A DNA stretch of 64,000 nucleotides from Octopus sinensis (GCF_006345805.1 NC_043019.1:24303360-24367359); one strand, 5' to 3'; shown: positions 27,779 to 41,930, numbered from the stretch's first letter. Notes: generated by a model not told the origin, from the letters alone. Numbers and translations are program-made.

Positions 27779-27835
27779 CATTATTATTATTATTATCATC
27801 ATCATCATTATTGTTGTTGCTGTTGTTGTTGTTAT
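27694..27835. repeat. (ATT)n/(ATC)n/(GTT)n microsatellite
   Basis: Read directly from the sequence. Confidence 0.95.
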
Positions 27836-29149
27836 TATGATTGGACTGTGCGAATGTTTATAGTTCTTAGTAAAGCACCGGAGAAACTTGAACTTATTAA
27901 ATTTTACTTGATGGAAGGTAATATATAAGTTAGAAGGGCATACCAAGAGAGAGCAAAACAGTTTAAACTGTCCAGGATAAAGAAGTTAAGTTGTGATGTA
28001 GTGAATATCGTATGCAGCACTGGAGGACTAGTTGGCGAGCGTAAAAGTAGCATGCAATAAGAATTTGGTAGGTTAAATCGGCACAAATACGAAAGTTCTC
28101 ATGACCCATGATCATCACAAATTATTCCGAAATTATACTTTATTGTGGATTCAAAAAGGCAGGCAATCAAACTAGTGGAACAATGAAGAAAATCAGGTTG
28201 GATTTTCTGCACTTGCTTGAGTCGACCTCAGTTTTCTTTTATATAGTATCAGGTGGGATGGCAAGTTGACCGGTCTTCCATATTAGCTTGCTATCTTGCC
28301 TTGTGAGAGAACGATCTGTATTCTTTTTGTTAGCATTCGTCTGACGCATGATAATATTTGGTCTGATTTTTCGCATATTCTCCAAACGAATGTGAGGTAA
28401 GCACTCTTTTTTTCCTTTTATATATCCTTTCTCTATTTTTTCTCTGCTTACCCAACCCTGCTACCGCAAAGTACAGGTTATCAGGAAATGCGATAGTGCT
28501 TGGATAATAGATCTTGGAACCATCCATTATACAGAATAGGAAAAGATTTCGGCGTTTGAATTTTGACGATGTTAGGGTCATTTGTAGACAAAGCCAAATG
28601 TCTCGTCATCTAATTAGTGATGCGCATGAACAGATTGACAAGTTTTCCACTCTCTGCCAACTGTATAAGGAAGCTATAGACACAAGAACTAAGAAAAAGC
28701 CACTTTAAGGATTTCTGTCACGAAAAGAAAGCAGAGGAGAGGAAGAATAGAAAAAAGAATAGAAAAACACTGCAGCGGACAACATCATCGGTAGCAAATA
28801 CAAAGCTTGACCCTAGAAACTACTGCTATCTGAGCAACATCGCTCAGTCATAAATGACTGACGATTGTTGTCATAAATGACAGCTTCATCGTCACTTTCA
28901 GAAGTTGATGACATGATGGGGCACAAGAGGACATTCGTGTGTGTGTGTGTGTGTGTGTTGTGTGTGTGTGTGTGTGTATGTGTGTGTGTGCGTGTGCATT
29001 TGTGTATATGTGTATATGTGTGTGTATGTGTTTCTGAATATATTTGAGATGTTGGTTCTACTGAAATTGGTGAATTTGTTTAACACTTTTTATCATATTT
29101 CGTTTGAAATACGTCTCTATTAATTTTGAAAAAGAATTTAGTACAATGA

Positions 29150-30060
29150 CTTTTTCCTATGGATCATAAACCAACATGGAATTTTTATAAATGGCTGTTA
29201 GATCGCAATAAGATAGAAGATTTGTATTACCATCCAGAGGTGTTCTGACGCAGATTGTTATCAAAAGCGTTATCAATAAGCATCGTAACACTAAGGCTCG
29301 GCTTTTACTCAAGGTGCAAATTTTTGAAGAAATTAATAGAGACAGTGGAGTTACGCAGGCCGATATTCTGGTTAGTAGACCAATTGTAAAATATTTTGTG
29401 ATATTCTTTTTTTATGTCTTTCAACATTGTAATGCAGATATTCAACTAGCTGATTAGAACGTTTAAGTTTTTTGACCTGAAGAGAATCAACCGGCTCGAA
29501 AACACTGTTTTATGAAGACAATATTGATTTTGTTGCTCTTATTGAAAATGATATGCAATTGATAATGGATTGATTCTCAACTTCATGTTTTGAATTTAAC
29601 TTCAGAAGAAGCGTCAAGACAAAAGTAGTGTTCAGTCCTCCAGTGCGTAAACTCAACATTGAATCAGATATTTCCCAGAATGGTACAAATTGAGAAGTTG
29701 CGGACACAATATCCTTAGGAACAAATTTTCAAGAGATAGAAACTTAGATGCTGAATTCAACTCAGAGATTTAAATAGCTTGTACAACCTTGTTAAAAAAT
29801 TACGTAGTTGGATCGTCACATTGTCACATTATCACTCGAATATCTATCAATATCTATCGTTGTTCTAACGTTCTTCTATATTCCTCCGAGGTATGCTCTA
29901 CATATAGTCGACTCATGTTGCTTGAAATATTTCAGCAAAGTTGTCTGATATTAAAAATGTTTATTAAACGCAGGTATTAACATCACATACTGAGGTACTC
30001 CAAAATGCTATCTCACCATTGAATCGGAGACCATGAGAAGTCAACTGCGCTGGAGAAAGA
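29150..30060 (+). mobile_element. Decayed RTE-like LINE fragment in the Wnt1 intron
   Basis: agtggagttacgcaggccgat resembles SGVxQGD. The later sequence resembles the RTE fragment at 58985-59290. Confidence 0.5.
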
Positions 30061-30299
30061 TATTTTATAGTTTTAGGTGTCTTAGAAATAACTTTCAAAT
30101 ATTCAAGTAATATTTTTGGCTTTTCAGTAGATCGCGTAATCCTTTTGCAATCCCATATTAGATACTTTTTTACCTTTTAATGAGAAATTTGGAACTTTTT
30201 GTCATTTCCGGATACTTTCGTGTCCTTTTCAGTTAGTATTATCTTGGTAACTTACTGATTGTTATTTGTATATAAAGTCGTTCTGTTTGTAAGCGTGTT

Positions 30300-31330
30300 C
30301 TTAACACTCTCGTCAACTATCTATAACGTTTCACACAAATCATACCTTTGTTACTTTTATTTCCATGTCTTTCTTTTTTTATATTGTTTATTTTTTCCAT
30401 CATTTGTCGTTATCAAATTATAGCTACGATTTTTTTTTCATATTCCACATTCTCTTTATTATCATTTGTAAGATCCTTGTACATTGGCAGTCTCTAGGCT
30501 TCATTTTTTGTTTTTTAGTTATAAAGAAAGTTGTTGTCTATCAGAGTTCAGCTATTTTCATTTCTCTCCTAGGGGCAGTTCTCTTAATTTTCATTCAGTT
30601 TCAACAAGCATGTCCCAGATGATTGTGATCGGGTAGTTGCTTTCTATAGTGATTGATACATGTTTATACAGACTTCTCAGCTCTCATGCCGAAATCTCAG
30701 CGTAGAATCGAATGATAAAATCGTGGACTCCCTTGCAGAGACTAGGAATCCCGAAATAAATAACCCAGGTCAATTATCACGTACTTATAGCATAATCTGT
30801 ACTTGATGCTTTTGCCTCTTGTTTCATTAATTCAATATTTCTCTCTCTCCCTCCCTCTCTCTCCCTCTGCCTCCCCTCCCCCTCTCTCTCTTGTAGTTAA
30901 TCATTGATCATGTGCAGCTAAAAATCACCTTCCGGTTCTGCTTTTATTGCAGAGATTTCGACCACCGTTTTGAGCTTTGTTTCTCGCTTCATATTGAAAC
31001 TGTAGATTATAGCTAAGATGGTTGGTATATTTAACTCTATTCTTTTATTGTTTGTATTGTATTTAGATTTTATCCTTAATCTGTCTTCTACTGTACTCTT
31101 TATTGTCAACTTCATAACTGTGTTGTATCTCATTAGCTTCTTTGTCTTAAGAATTAATACATTCCCCATCTAAGTAATGTCACTTCTACTGTTTTTAATT
31201 GATCCATATACAAAAAATACCTCACAGTTTTCCCATCGTTCAATGTTAATGCCAGGATAAAAAAGGAATGCCGCGCCACTTTGGTTTATACTTCATGTAA
31301 TACACATATATCTGTTTTATAATTCTCTCA
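30300..31330 (-). mobile_element. Possible decayed Penelope-like RT/GIY-YIG remnant
   Basis: Only fragmentary minus-strand resemblance (FYPGINIE, LDGECI, a Cys-rich KPRDCQC). Confidence 0.25.
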
Positions 31331-31457
31331 TTTTTATCTGTAGAATTAGTATTAATATTCTTTTCCTTCTTGAAGCAATTAATCAATATTATTATAATGC
31401 CCAGCAATCAATACTTACGTGCATATATGCACACAGAGACACACCATATGCATACAC

Positions 31458-31508
<51 letters not shown>

Positions 31509-31606
31509 AATACGCACGCACACATATAGACATACACTTACATAAATACGTGTGTGAGTCTGTGTTTAAGTTACACGAAAATATCAGCTTCCAACCATCT
31601 TGATTG

Positions 31607-31650
<44 letters not shown>

Positions 31651-32729
31651 TATATATATGTATGTATACATACATATATATGCATACATACATAATACAT
31701 ACATGCATGGATACATACATACGTACATGCATGCATGCATACATACATGCATACATACATATAAATATACATACATGCGTACACCTGCTTTTACATATAC
31801 ATACATGCATGCTTTTAAAAAGCAGAATAGGTATTTATGGAATTTGGGCTCAAAATAGGTACATTTCTTATAATTTGGGGAGCCTCTTCCCAGTTTCCAG
31901 AGACATTCGACTACTTTCGGCACTATTCGAATCTGAACATGTTTATTTTTTATTTATAGATTCTTTCGCTTGAACACTTTCTCACTTTACTGATTTTCTG
32001 CCCTAAGCATTGCTTTTTTGACATTTGGTTAAGTCAAGTCGTCTGCAGTTTCCTTTCATTCAATAGGTACTTTCATGTCAATGAAGATCGTTATCTTCGT
32101 TTTCGGCATACACATTTTCATGTCTTCTTCTACGCTATTAATTTGAGGTGGATGCTAAGGAGAATTCATAATATTTTCACTCTGATTTTAGTCTTCTGTC
32201 CTATTTTGTTTGTGTATTCTAGGATATGTAATCGGCATAAAGAAATTTACTGACAGAAAACTGTCACTTGTGAGAGATTATTTTCATGTATGATGTAGGA
32301 CTTTGGTTTTGGAAAGCAATATTATTGCTAGCAGTTAATTTGTTATTGGGAGTCTTCTTTTAATAATGTTTATAGTTTTCCTTCAGTGTTTTCAGTTCTT
32401 GCACAATATCTTATTTATATCCAATTTTATATTCGTATAGTATTGTATATAATTTACATATTGTAATTTATTGATACTTTACAAAATTAAACAAGAACCC
32501 GCATCTAAAAATATCTCCCTTTATCTAATATTTAGCTTGTTCCAAGCTTTTACTTTACCAAGTCATCAATTTCGTTTATTGCCGAAGTGCATGGAAATCA
32601 ATGTGTACTATAATCAACCGTCTACCATTAGTATTGAATTTCCAAATTCTACTCAGTTTGATTTCTGTTGTTGCTATTGAGTGTATATCAGAATATTAAT
32701 ATATTTGTTTACATTTGTATTCATTTTAG

Positions 32730-33064
32730 GTAATGCAGGTAGTGATCGAAGGCGCCGAAGAAAATTTACATTTACACCTTTTGATCCGAATCACAAGCCA
32801 CCAACCAAAAAAGACCTTGTCTATTTTGAGAAGTCGCCAGAATTTTGTAACCAAAATAATGGAATTGGTTTCAAAGGAACAGTTGGTCGAGAATGCAATG
32901 ATACATCCCTTGGACTAGAAGGTTGTGACCTTATGTGTTGTGGCCGAGGTCACCAATCTCAGAGTTACATGGTTCTAGAACGATGTAATTGCACTTTCCG
33001 CTGGTGCTGTGAGGTCATGTGTGAAGCGTGTAAAGTCACAAAAATGAGGCACACGTGCCTATGA
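32730..33064 (+). CDS. Wnt1: Wnt1 terminal coding exon (G-NAGSDRRRRRKFTFTPFDPNHKPP...CCEVMCEACKVTKMRHTCL*)
   Basis: Acceptor tcattttag ends at 32729 and joins in phase 1 with the exon ending at 24416 (g+gt = Gly). Contains the Wnt1-diagnostic HKPPxxxDLVYFEKSP, the CDLMCCGRG and CNCTFRWCC cysteine pattern, and a TGA stop at 33062-33064. Confidence 0.96.
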
Positions 33065-33540
33065 CAATGGCTCCAAATTTAAGCATATCTGAACCATCGG
33101 GTGAATATTTGAAACAAATATAGTAAATGAAACTACTGAAGCTATGAATTAAGACTGTATTATGAGCCCTGAATGGATAAATAAACACTGAGACTGTATA
33201 GGAAGGGTTTGAAGATTTTAAAATATCAAGATGCTTAATCTGATGCCACAAAAAATTTGAGAATGTAGAAGTTGCACCAACCCATCCTTCAAATGAATGT
33301 CAATGTTGCAAAACAAACATTTATGAAATTAAATGTATAGTGGACTGTTTGATGCATAAACACTGAAAATATGGCAAAGTTAAGTTTGCAAAAGTGACAA
33401 GTTTATACTCATATATGTGAACTTATATATTTTTATAATTATGCACGTATAAACACCTCATAAACGCTCCATATGTGTAAAATAATGTATATTTATATGC
33501 ATAAAAATTATGCGCAAAATCATATATATCAAAATAAATT
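33065..33540 (+). promoter_or_regulatory. Wnt1: Probable Wnt1 3' UTR with candidate polyadenylation signals
   Basis: AT-rich, repeat-poor sequence after the stop codon. AATAAA occurs at 33180-33185 and 33533-33538. The true 3' end cannot be determined from sequence alone. Confidence 0.5.
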
Positions 33541-33956
33541 ATAAATTGTAACTTTTATGAATGCTCAAAGGAAGGGGGAAAGTATACGAGAAGGTATAAA
33601 ATGGGAATATAACTTCTTTTTTAATTAATATCCTTGTTGTTTCTTTAAAATATGTATATGTAGTAGGAAAGTTTGTTCAATTGGTAAATAATTTTAAAAA
33701 GATATCAAATCATTCGTGTATATTACAGCTCACCAGATAACACAATTGTAATTAATAAAAATCCATATTTATATTATGTGCATATATATGTAATATATAA
33801 AAAAATGTACATACGAATATACACGCACACAGACATATAACATATATGTATAAAATATTTACTGTCAGTCTCTCTGTCTCTCTCTCTCTGTGTCTCTCTC
33901 TTTCTCTCTCTATACATACATATATTAATTTTCTACACACACAGACACTCACACAC

Positions 33957-34004
<48 letters not shown>

Positions 34005-35102
34005 ATATATATATATATATGTCTGTCTGTCTGTATATATGTATATATGTATGTATGTATGTATAAAATTCATATAAACAGCAGGTTTGCAATGTTTCAC
34101 CAAAGAGGAGAATTACAAAGTCACTAAATGTGACTAGATATCACATTTAGTGACACACACACTCACACACACACACAAATACGTGCATGTATGCATATTT
34201 TTTCAAACTTACGGTTTCACTTCTTTTCATCGTCAGATGACCGCACTTTCAAATTCTTAGCCGTACAAATTGACTCCAGTAATTATTCTTGAACTTGAAA
34301 GAGCTTAATCTATCGGGTTCCTTTGGCCGAATCGTGACATTACTGGAACGTGAACACGCCAACACCAGTTACCAAGCATTGACACAAACACATGCACACT
34401 CACACATATGCGCATATATGTGTGTATGTCCATATGTGTGCATGTGTGTATATGTGTTTATAAACATATACACGCAAAAACACATGTGTATGTTGGTAAA
34501 TATCTATACCTATATATACATCGACACACCCTGACTCCACAGAGGGAAAACATTCTCGTTTCATATCTTAATTGAAGAGGCAAGTCATTCTAAATGCACT
34601 AACGGAGCGTAAATGATTTTTTCTGTATTTGTATTATATTTCATTCTATTCGTTTGCGAGTACATGTTCGCGCATGTGATTAAATAAACATGCATATGTA
34701 CATATACACATTTAGATGTCCAAATAGATATCTTTGTGGGTATAAAAGTTTTATACATATATATGCCTCTTAAAACAGACACACACACACACACACATAT
34801 ATACACCCACAAACATATAAACACATACGCACACACGCATATACGCATGTATACATGACCGAGTAATATTGTGTAGTGCATGTTCTACTGACTGATGTAA
34901 ATGGGTCTGTAGATGAGTGCGTCTGTATATATTTGTACGATAGAATGTATATAAGCTTGTTTTCTATTCTCTAGGTAGCGTCCGATCAGTAGACATGTAT
35001 GGAGTCAATGTTCATTTTCGAGTTATGCAATTCAATAAATATTCAGTTACGTAAAACAAAATATTGAATGAAGGGATACGAGATAATTCTATAATAACGG
35101 GA

Positions 35103-35184
<82 letters not shown>

Positions 35185-35743
35185 TATTATATATATATGT
35201 ATATATGTATGTATATATATATATAAATATATACATATATATATATATTCACATATATATACCCATACGTGTAAACATACATACATACTCAAACGCATAC
35301 TCTCTCTCTCTGGTACTTTAATCAAAATAAAAGTGCAATTTTTTATGGTAAATTTTATTTAGTTTATCAGTTTCATACACACGCGCGCGCGCACACACAC
35401 ACCACACACACACACACTCACACATGCATTTAAATATATATATGAAATAAAATCTTAACCTATTGTCGTTCGCATAACATAGAATAGCCTATATAAATAT
35501 TATGAGAACGGTAATATATATATGTGTGTGTGTGTGTGTGTGCGTGTGTGTGTGTGAGAATGTATGCGTTTGTGTGTGCGTGTATATATATATATTGATA
35601 TATATATAATATATATATATATATTATTATATATATATATATATATAATATATATATATATACTTTCTTCCTTCGTTTTAGTATATTTGTATATATATAT
35701 GTGTACATATATATATACATATACATATACACATATATATATG

Positions 35744-35826
<83 letters not shown>

Positions 35827-36018
35827 ATTATATATATATATATAGGGTTTAGCACGATTTGCCTCACCACATACCGAATTTAGAAATAGCAGTCAAAGAG
35901 TTTTGGGTATTCTTTCTACTTAAACCTTCCTTGAATGGGGCTTTTACATGCCGAAATCTACTTGCTGAAATTAATGATTATTCCAAATTAATTAATTTCA
36001 CCCTATATTATTATTGAT

Positions 36019-36058
<40 letters not shown>

Positions 36059-36585
36059 ACACATGCTATTCTCCGGACTATCTGCTCCTTCCGCCTGTTC
36101 CTCTTCTCTGGACGTTTTTCCTGTCTCCGTCGGAAATTTATGCTCTAAAAATTATTTCCACTTCTATTTTTCCATTAAAAATTTTCAGTAATCGTCAATC
36201 TAATATATTCACTGTGTACATCTAACTGACTTTTGTTGTTTATTCCTGTCCTTTTATTATTTATTTGCCTATATATATATACGCACACACGTATATATAT
36301 ATCTATGCTGTTAGGTATATATATATGCGTGTGTGTGTGTGTCTGTCTGTCTGTATGTATCTAAGAAAAGAAAAAATGGAGATTGGGAATTAAATAATTG
36401 TTTATTATTAGCAACAAATCAATCATCATCATTAGCTGTTTCAATTAATATTCAGTGAATTAATTTAGTATTAAATTCATATCCCCTGAGCAAAAATAAC
36501 TCCCCAAAAATATTAGGTATTAAAACAGTATTTCCTTGGATGACACAATCTCTTCATGAGGTTAACATAACCTCTAATCGAATTT

Positions 36586-36611
36586 ATAGATAGATAGATA
36601 GATAGATAGAT

Positions 36612-36654
<43 letters not shown>

Positions 36655-36665
36655 GATAGATAGAT

Positions 36666-36757
<92 letters not shown>

Positions 36758-36760
36758 TAG
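36586..36760. repeat. (GATA)n microsatellite
   Basis: Read directly from the sequence. Confidence 0.97.
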
Positions 36761-36965
36761 ATATTGATATATATACGTGTTTAAAAAGGTTTAACGAAAG
36801 CGCTCACACACTAGAAAAAGGTCATCTTCTTCCCAAGAAAGGCTAGTAACATCCTCATAACAGATTTCATAACATTTTCTTAACAAATAATTTTCTCAAA
36901 AAATCACATCTACACTTCAAAAAGTGTATTAAATACTTCTCATGGATTTTCAAATATATATATAT

Positions 36966-37006
<41 letters not shown>

Positions 37007-37367
37007 TGTGTGTGTTTGTGTGTATGTGTGTGTGTGTGTGTATAACAAAGTATACTTGCATAGTACCGCACGAGTGAAAATATATCGGAAAGAGGATTTG
37101 AAAATGCAGAGGTCTTTTATATATATATATATATATGTATATACACACATACAAACGGCGGTGCCCCAGCATTGCCACAGCTCTGAGCTGAACCTACGAT
37201 ACTATATATATATATCATTATATATAGATATATATATATATATATATTATATAACACACATATCAAACATCGATTTTGTATACTACAGTTATACACTGCC
37301 ATGTCTTCACTTCAGAAAACGCAGATTACAACAAAATCCCCAATACGTACATATAAACTAACCTATA

Positions 37368-37410
<43 letters not shown>

Positions 37411-37715
37411 ATATAATACAAATAAAAAAATGGAGAAACAACTTTAGTTTGTTCATCAACTTTCGGATACTAGAATGTTGGATTATTTATTCATTTAACA
37501 AAATGAGAACCTCAATAGCATACATATATATCTTATAATTCAATACGTATACGATAAGAATACAAATTATAAAAGTCATAATATATATTATTGAAATCTT
37601 TAAAATCACTTCTTACAGCTGTTTCAGCCTATGGCTAAGAGTAGTTAATTTTATTTTTATTGCCTATAGTTGTCAACATAATGAGGTTGTAGGCATTTAA
37701 AAATAGGGTAACCAA

Positions 37716-37875
37716 TGGCCCAGTGGTTAGGGCAGCGGACTCGCGGTTTCGATTCCCAGACCGGGCGTTGTGTGTGTTTATTGAGCGAAAACACTTAAAG
37801 CTCCACGAAGCTCCGGCTAGGGGTGGTGGCGACCCTTTTTTGCATTCTTTTGTACTCTTTCGCACCAACTTTCTC
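37716..37875 (+). mobile_element. Truncated tRNA-derived SINE (third family)
   Basis: A-box tggcccagtggttagggcagcggac, B-box ggtttcgattccc, then gttgtgtgtgtttattgagcgaaaacac. Related to the reverse complement of 61700-61820. Confidence 0.65.
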
Positions 37876-38200
37876 TCACTCTATATATTTCTCATATATT
37901 ATATATATATATATTATATATATATTATATATATATATGTGTGTGTGTTGTGTGTGTGTGTGTTGTGTGTGTGTGTGTGCATCATTAAAACTCAAGAATT
38001 ACCAAACCGATTTCATTCAAATTTTACACTGCCTTACTTAGGGTCCATGCAGTGTCACAGGGTAAAAAATTTTTAAATTCTTGCTTAATGTGCGTCCGGA
38101 GCAATCTATTACAGTATTGCGTGGCAGAAGTGAAGCAATAACATCTCTATTGCAATGTGGGATAATGACTTCAACATTAATAGTGAAACTATCAATACTT

Positions 38201-38283
<83 letters not shown>

Positions 38284-38299
38284 AATATATAGATATATT

Positions 38300-40110
38300 T
38301 TAAAGTTTCAGCTCAGAGTTGAGGCCATGCTGATGTACCGCCGCCGTTTTGCGCTACACTGCTATTACTAGGAGCCTCCTCTAATATGTGGCACTTGATG
38401 AAGAATAGAGTTTGATACGGCTACCCTCATTTGCACCTCTTGCCGTGAGGTAGGCTCATCAGGGACTCTCGACAGGAAGAGGTCCAGCTTTGATTTAAAA
38501 ACCCCTACATCTACTTTGTGCAAGTTCCTCAGACTCTTTGGGAGAATATTAAAAAGCTGTGGGCCCTTGAAACCCAGGATGTTGCAGTAACTGGTCCTGA
38601 AGCGTGATGGCATTGCTGGGATCTTTGGCACCATGCAATGTCGTCCCGTTCTGGCATTGGTGTAGCCTTCAATGCCAAAATTTGGCACAATTCCTTCCAG
38701 GATCTTCCAGATATATATTACTGCATACGTCTCCAGTCTTCTCTCCAGGGAGTAGAGTTTCAACCTTTCCCAGTAGCTGAGCTGTTGCAAAGAGACGATC
38801 TTCTTTGTGAATCTTCTCTGGATTGCTTCAAGGTCCGCTGTTAATCTCACACTAGTAGGTGACCATAGCTGTGAGCCATATTTCTGGCATATGGCTTGCA
38901 CAGAAGACATGAAACATTCTAGTTTCGTGTCAATGTCTGGTGTGGAGAGAAGTTTCGGCCAGTCCTCTCTGAGGATCTCTTTTTGGATCGATTTCCAATC
39001 TGCTTTGTAGAAGTTCAGATTGGAGAGATTTTGGGTGCTTCCTTTAGGCTGTATGTCTCTGGTTACTTTCGGCCCAAGCATAGACAGCTCTATTATGTTG
39101 TGATCCGAGACTAATGTCGGTGTCACTTTCACATCATGAATGATGTCCATATTGTTCGTGAAGCAGAGATCCAGAATGTTATTCGCCATAGTTGGTTTGA
39201 GTACAACTTGCTCCATGAATAAGGCATTGGTGAGGTTGAGCAGGGACTCCACCTGTGCTTGCTTGCAATGAGTCATTCCTGAGAGTATGAGACCTTCGGG
39301 CCATTTGACGTTGGGAAAGTTGAAATCACCCATAAGAACTATGGTCACGTGGTGTTCCAGATTCATGAGGATTTCTTTAATTCTTGTGAGGCAATCTTCA
39401 AACTTGCCTATGTGGTTTGGAGCATCAGGTGAGCAATATGTATTGTATATGACTATATTATGTTGTATTATGCATACCATTAGTGTCCCATACCGAATTT
39501 GAGTATGACAGTAAGAGGTCATCACGGATGTATACAGCAACTCCACCATGGCTCCTTTCCCTTCTGTCTGTTCGCAGTATGGCATATTTTGGTACGTGTA
39601 CTTCTGCGTCCTCTATGTCAAGGCTGAGGTGAGTTTCCACGAGTGCTATGCATAGGGCTTGATTGCATGCAGTAAGATCTCTCAGGAAAGAAATCTTGCT
39701 TTTATTTTGATGCAACAGGCCCCCAATATTTAGTAAAAGTATTGGGGTGACGACTGTGCAGGCGTTAGGGGAGGCCATCCCGTGTCTGTTGACTGTGATG
39801 ATCTTGTATAGTGGTGGGAAAGGTTCCTTCTTTTTGCTAGGCGCAGCTAGGTTAGCTGCTGAACAATCCTTTGCGCCATGCATAAAAAAGACTCTTGCTC
39901 AGCTGCTGCGTTGCGCAGAACATCTGAGGAGCACACTTCTTTTCTGAATGTTGTCCTGGGAGGCACTTCTTGCCTTTCCTCGCTAAAGTTCTTCTCTTTA
40001 AGACCCCTGTAGTTCTGGCGGGGTGTTGGGTGGGCAAACCGGCAGTTTTTGCCGTCCTCCCCATGCCCTGCAGATAAAATTTACAGGTTCTTGGGTACCT
40101 TCTAGATTTC
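38300..40110 (-). mobile_element. CR1-like LINE with ORF1 CCCH-finger remnant, APE endonuclease and C-terminus, but the RT domain deleted in frame
   Basis: ORF1 remnant CKFYLQG..GKNCRFAHP at about 40030-40090. EN motifs LLNIGGL, IALVETHL, GGVAVYI, VLMGDFNFP, ILDLCFT and SDHNII. These join directly through ICQKY to GSQLWSP and the C-terminal YWERL..YSLERR. 3' tail at 38305-38345. Confidence 0.9.
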
Positions 40111-40182
40111 TTCTTTCCTGTACACACATACACACACACACCCACACACACACACACATATATATAGTATAATATATAATAT

Positions 40183-40232
<50 letters not shown>

Positions 40233-40244
40233 AATATATATATT

Positions 40245-40632
40245 TCTTATATGAAATCCGTTCTGTCTTTTGTGTGCGTGTCTTCTAGGATCTCGGGCAT
40301 CATCTATGCGGTTGCGCCCAAATTTGATATGTAGATACAGACGATATCAGGGCGTGTATAAGTCTTGAAAAAATTACAAAAATCGATTCCAGGTGAGAAT
40401 GTGATCGATAAAACCGTGGGAACGTGTATTTGTACGCGCAAATACACCAGCTGTTGCGATCGATACTACACGTACTCGAGAAAAATGCACGCGCAGTTTG
40501 CGCAAAAAAAAAAGTCTTGAAATAATGCCACAAAATGGGATGGTCGGACAAGTTGTTTCGAGAAAATTTGATTTAAATGTTTGCCAACTCAGCACCGTCT
40601 ATTGGCCGGGTGGTGGGGGACGTTTTGCTCGT
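40245..40632 (+). mobile_element. Helitron-like non-autonomous element (probable)
   Basis: Starts TC within AT microsatellite, has an internal TGTG tract, and ends with a short GC-rich palindrome then gctcgt (degenerate CTAGT). Confidence 0.4.
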
Positions 40633-40655
40633 ATATAAATATATGTTTATATATA

Positions 40656-41728
40656 TCATATCTATAAAAGGGAGGATGTGTGTGCGTGTGTGTGTGCGAG
40701 TGTGTGTACGTGATTGTAATTTATGCACGTCCAGAAATTAGCACGCATGTCGCTCAAACTTTAGTAGGACATTTGTCAACACCCTATCTGGGTTTTGTCA
40801 ACTTATTTTTACCCCGAGCCACCCGTGGGTAGCGTAAATATCTATTTTCAGACATAGCTTTTAGCCACAAAACTATTAGCAAAAAAATAAGATAAAGAAA
40901 AGTGGAAGAAGGAGGCAGAGAGTTTCACGGGAAAGACAAAGTGAGAGAAGGAGAGAGAGAGAGAGTAAGTTATGACGTTCATAAAAAATAAAATGTAAAA
41001 TGTTTTGTTTTTTTGTTTTTGAAAGACACTATATTTTATAATCATAGTATATATATATTTTCTCACACAACAATTACAATATATTTATTTTAAATCATTT
41101 ATTTATTTTAAATCGTTCATCTTTCTCCCCCCCTCTCTCTCACACACACATTACTTTGGGTGCGAAAGAGTTTTGTTTTTATTTTACGCCGAGTAAAAAA
41201 GGGTTTTGTTGACAATCCATTTGTTTAACAACAAAGAAACAAAGATGTGAGTAACAATTTGTCAGTGAATTACACAATATAAATGGGTACAATTTGCGAG
41301 GCTTCCACCACACCCCACTCCGTTTCCCAGACCACAAAAAGGGTTTTGAGGCCAGAGTAGTTGATTCCACGCAAAAAAACGATATTTTTTTCTTAGTGAA
41401 AATCGTGCGAGTGTTAATCTACAAATTTAACAACATTTTTTCCATTCATTTCTGTTTATAAACATGTATGCGTGCACAAAACATGCAATAGGTGTACGTA
41501 CGTACGTGTGTGTATGTGTGTTCGTGTCTGTTGCCCATATATATTTATATTATATTATATATATATAATATATATAATATATAACATATATATATATATA
41601 ATATAACTAATTTCAACGGATTTCGCCCAAATTTGACGTCTAAATTACTCAGTTTGGTTTGAAATAAAGAACTTGATTAGCTTAATAATCGTAACTTAAT
41701 CCCAGACAAGGCCGGGTTATACTGCTAG
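40656..41728 (+). mobile_element. Helitron-like non-autonomous element
   Basis: 5' A|TC...tctataaaag and 3' subterminal hairpin cccagacaaggccggg followed by CTAG|T at 41725-41729. No TSD. Confidence 0.6.
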
Positions 41729-41817
41729 TATATATATGTATATATTATTATATATATATATATTATATATATATATATATTAATCTACTACAAGATTATT
41801 CATCTTTCTATTTCAAC

Positions 41818-41855
<38 letters not shown>

Positions 41856-41865
41856 TATGTATATA

Positions 41866-41896
<31 letters not shown>

Positions 41897-41930
41897 GAGT
41901 AAATGGAGTTGAACGAAGATGTTAATAAAA

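Larger units (their letters stand above)
24417..32729 (+). other. Wnt1: Wnt1 last intron (8313 bp, GT-AG, phase 1)
   Basis: GTAAG donor and TTTTAG acceptor join the two Wnt1 exons in frame. Confidence 0.93.

Noticed and set aside
29470-29510. CTGAAGA...CTCGAAAAC hammerhead-like motif
   Set aside because: Stem II has only about 2 bp, there is no stem I, and it lies within an RTE coding remnant.
32681-32729. ORF-track start MYIRILIY upstream of the Wnt1 last exon
   Set aside because: Intronic polypyrimidine-rich sequence in frame with the exon; the real boundary is the AG at 32728-32729.
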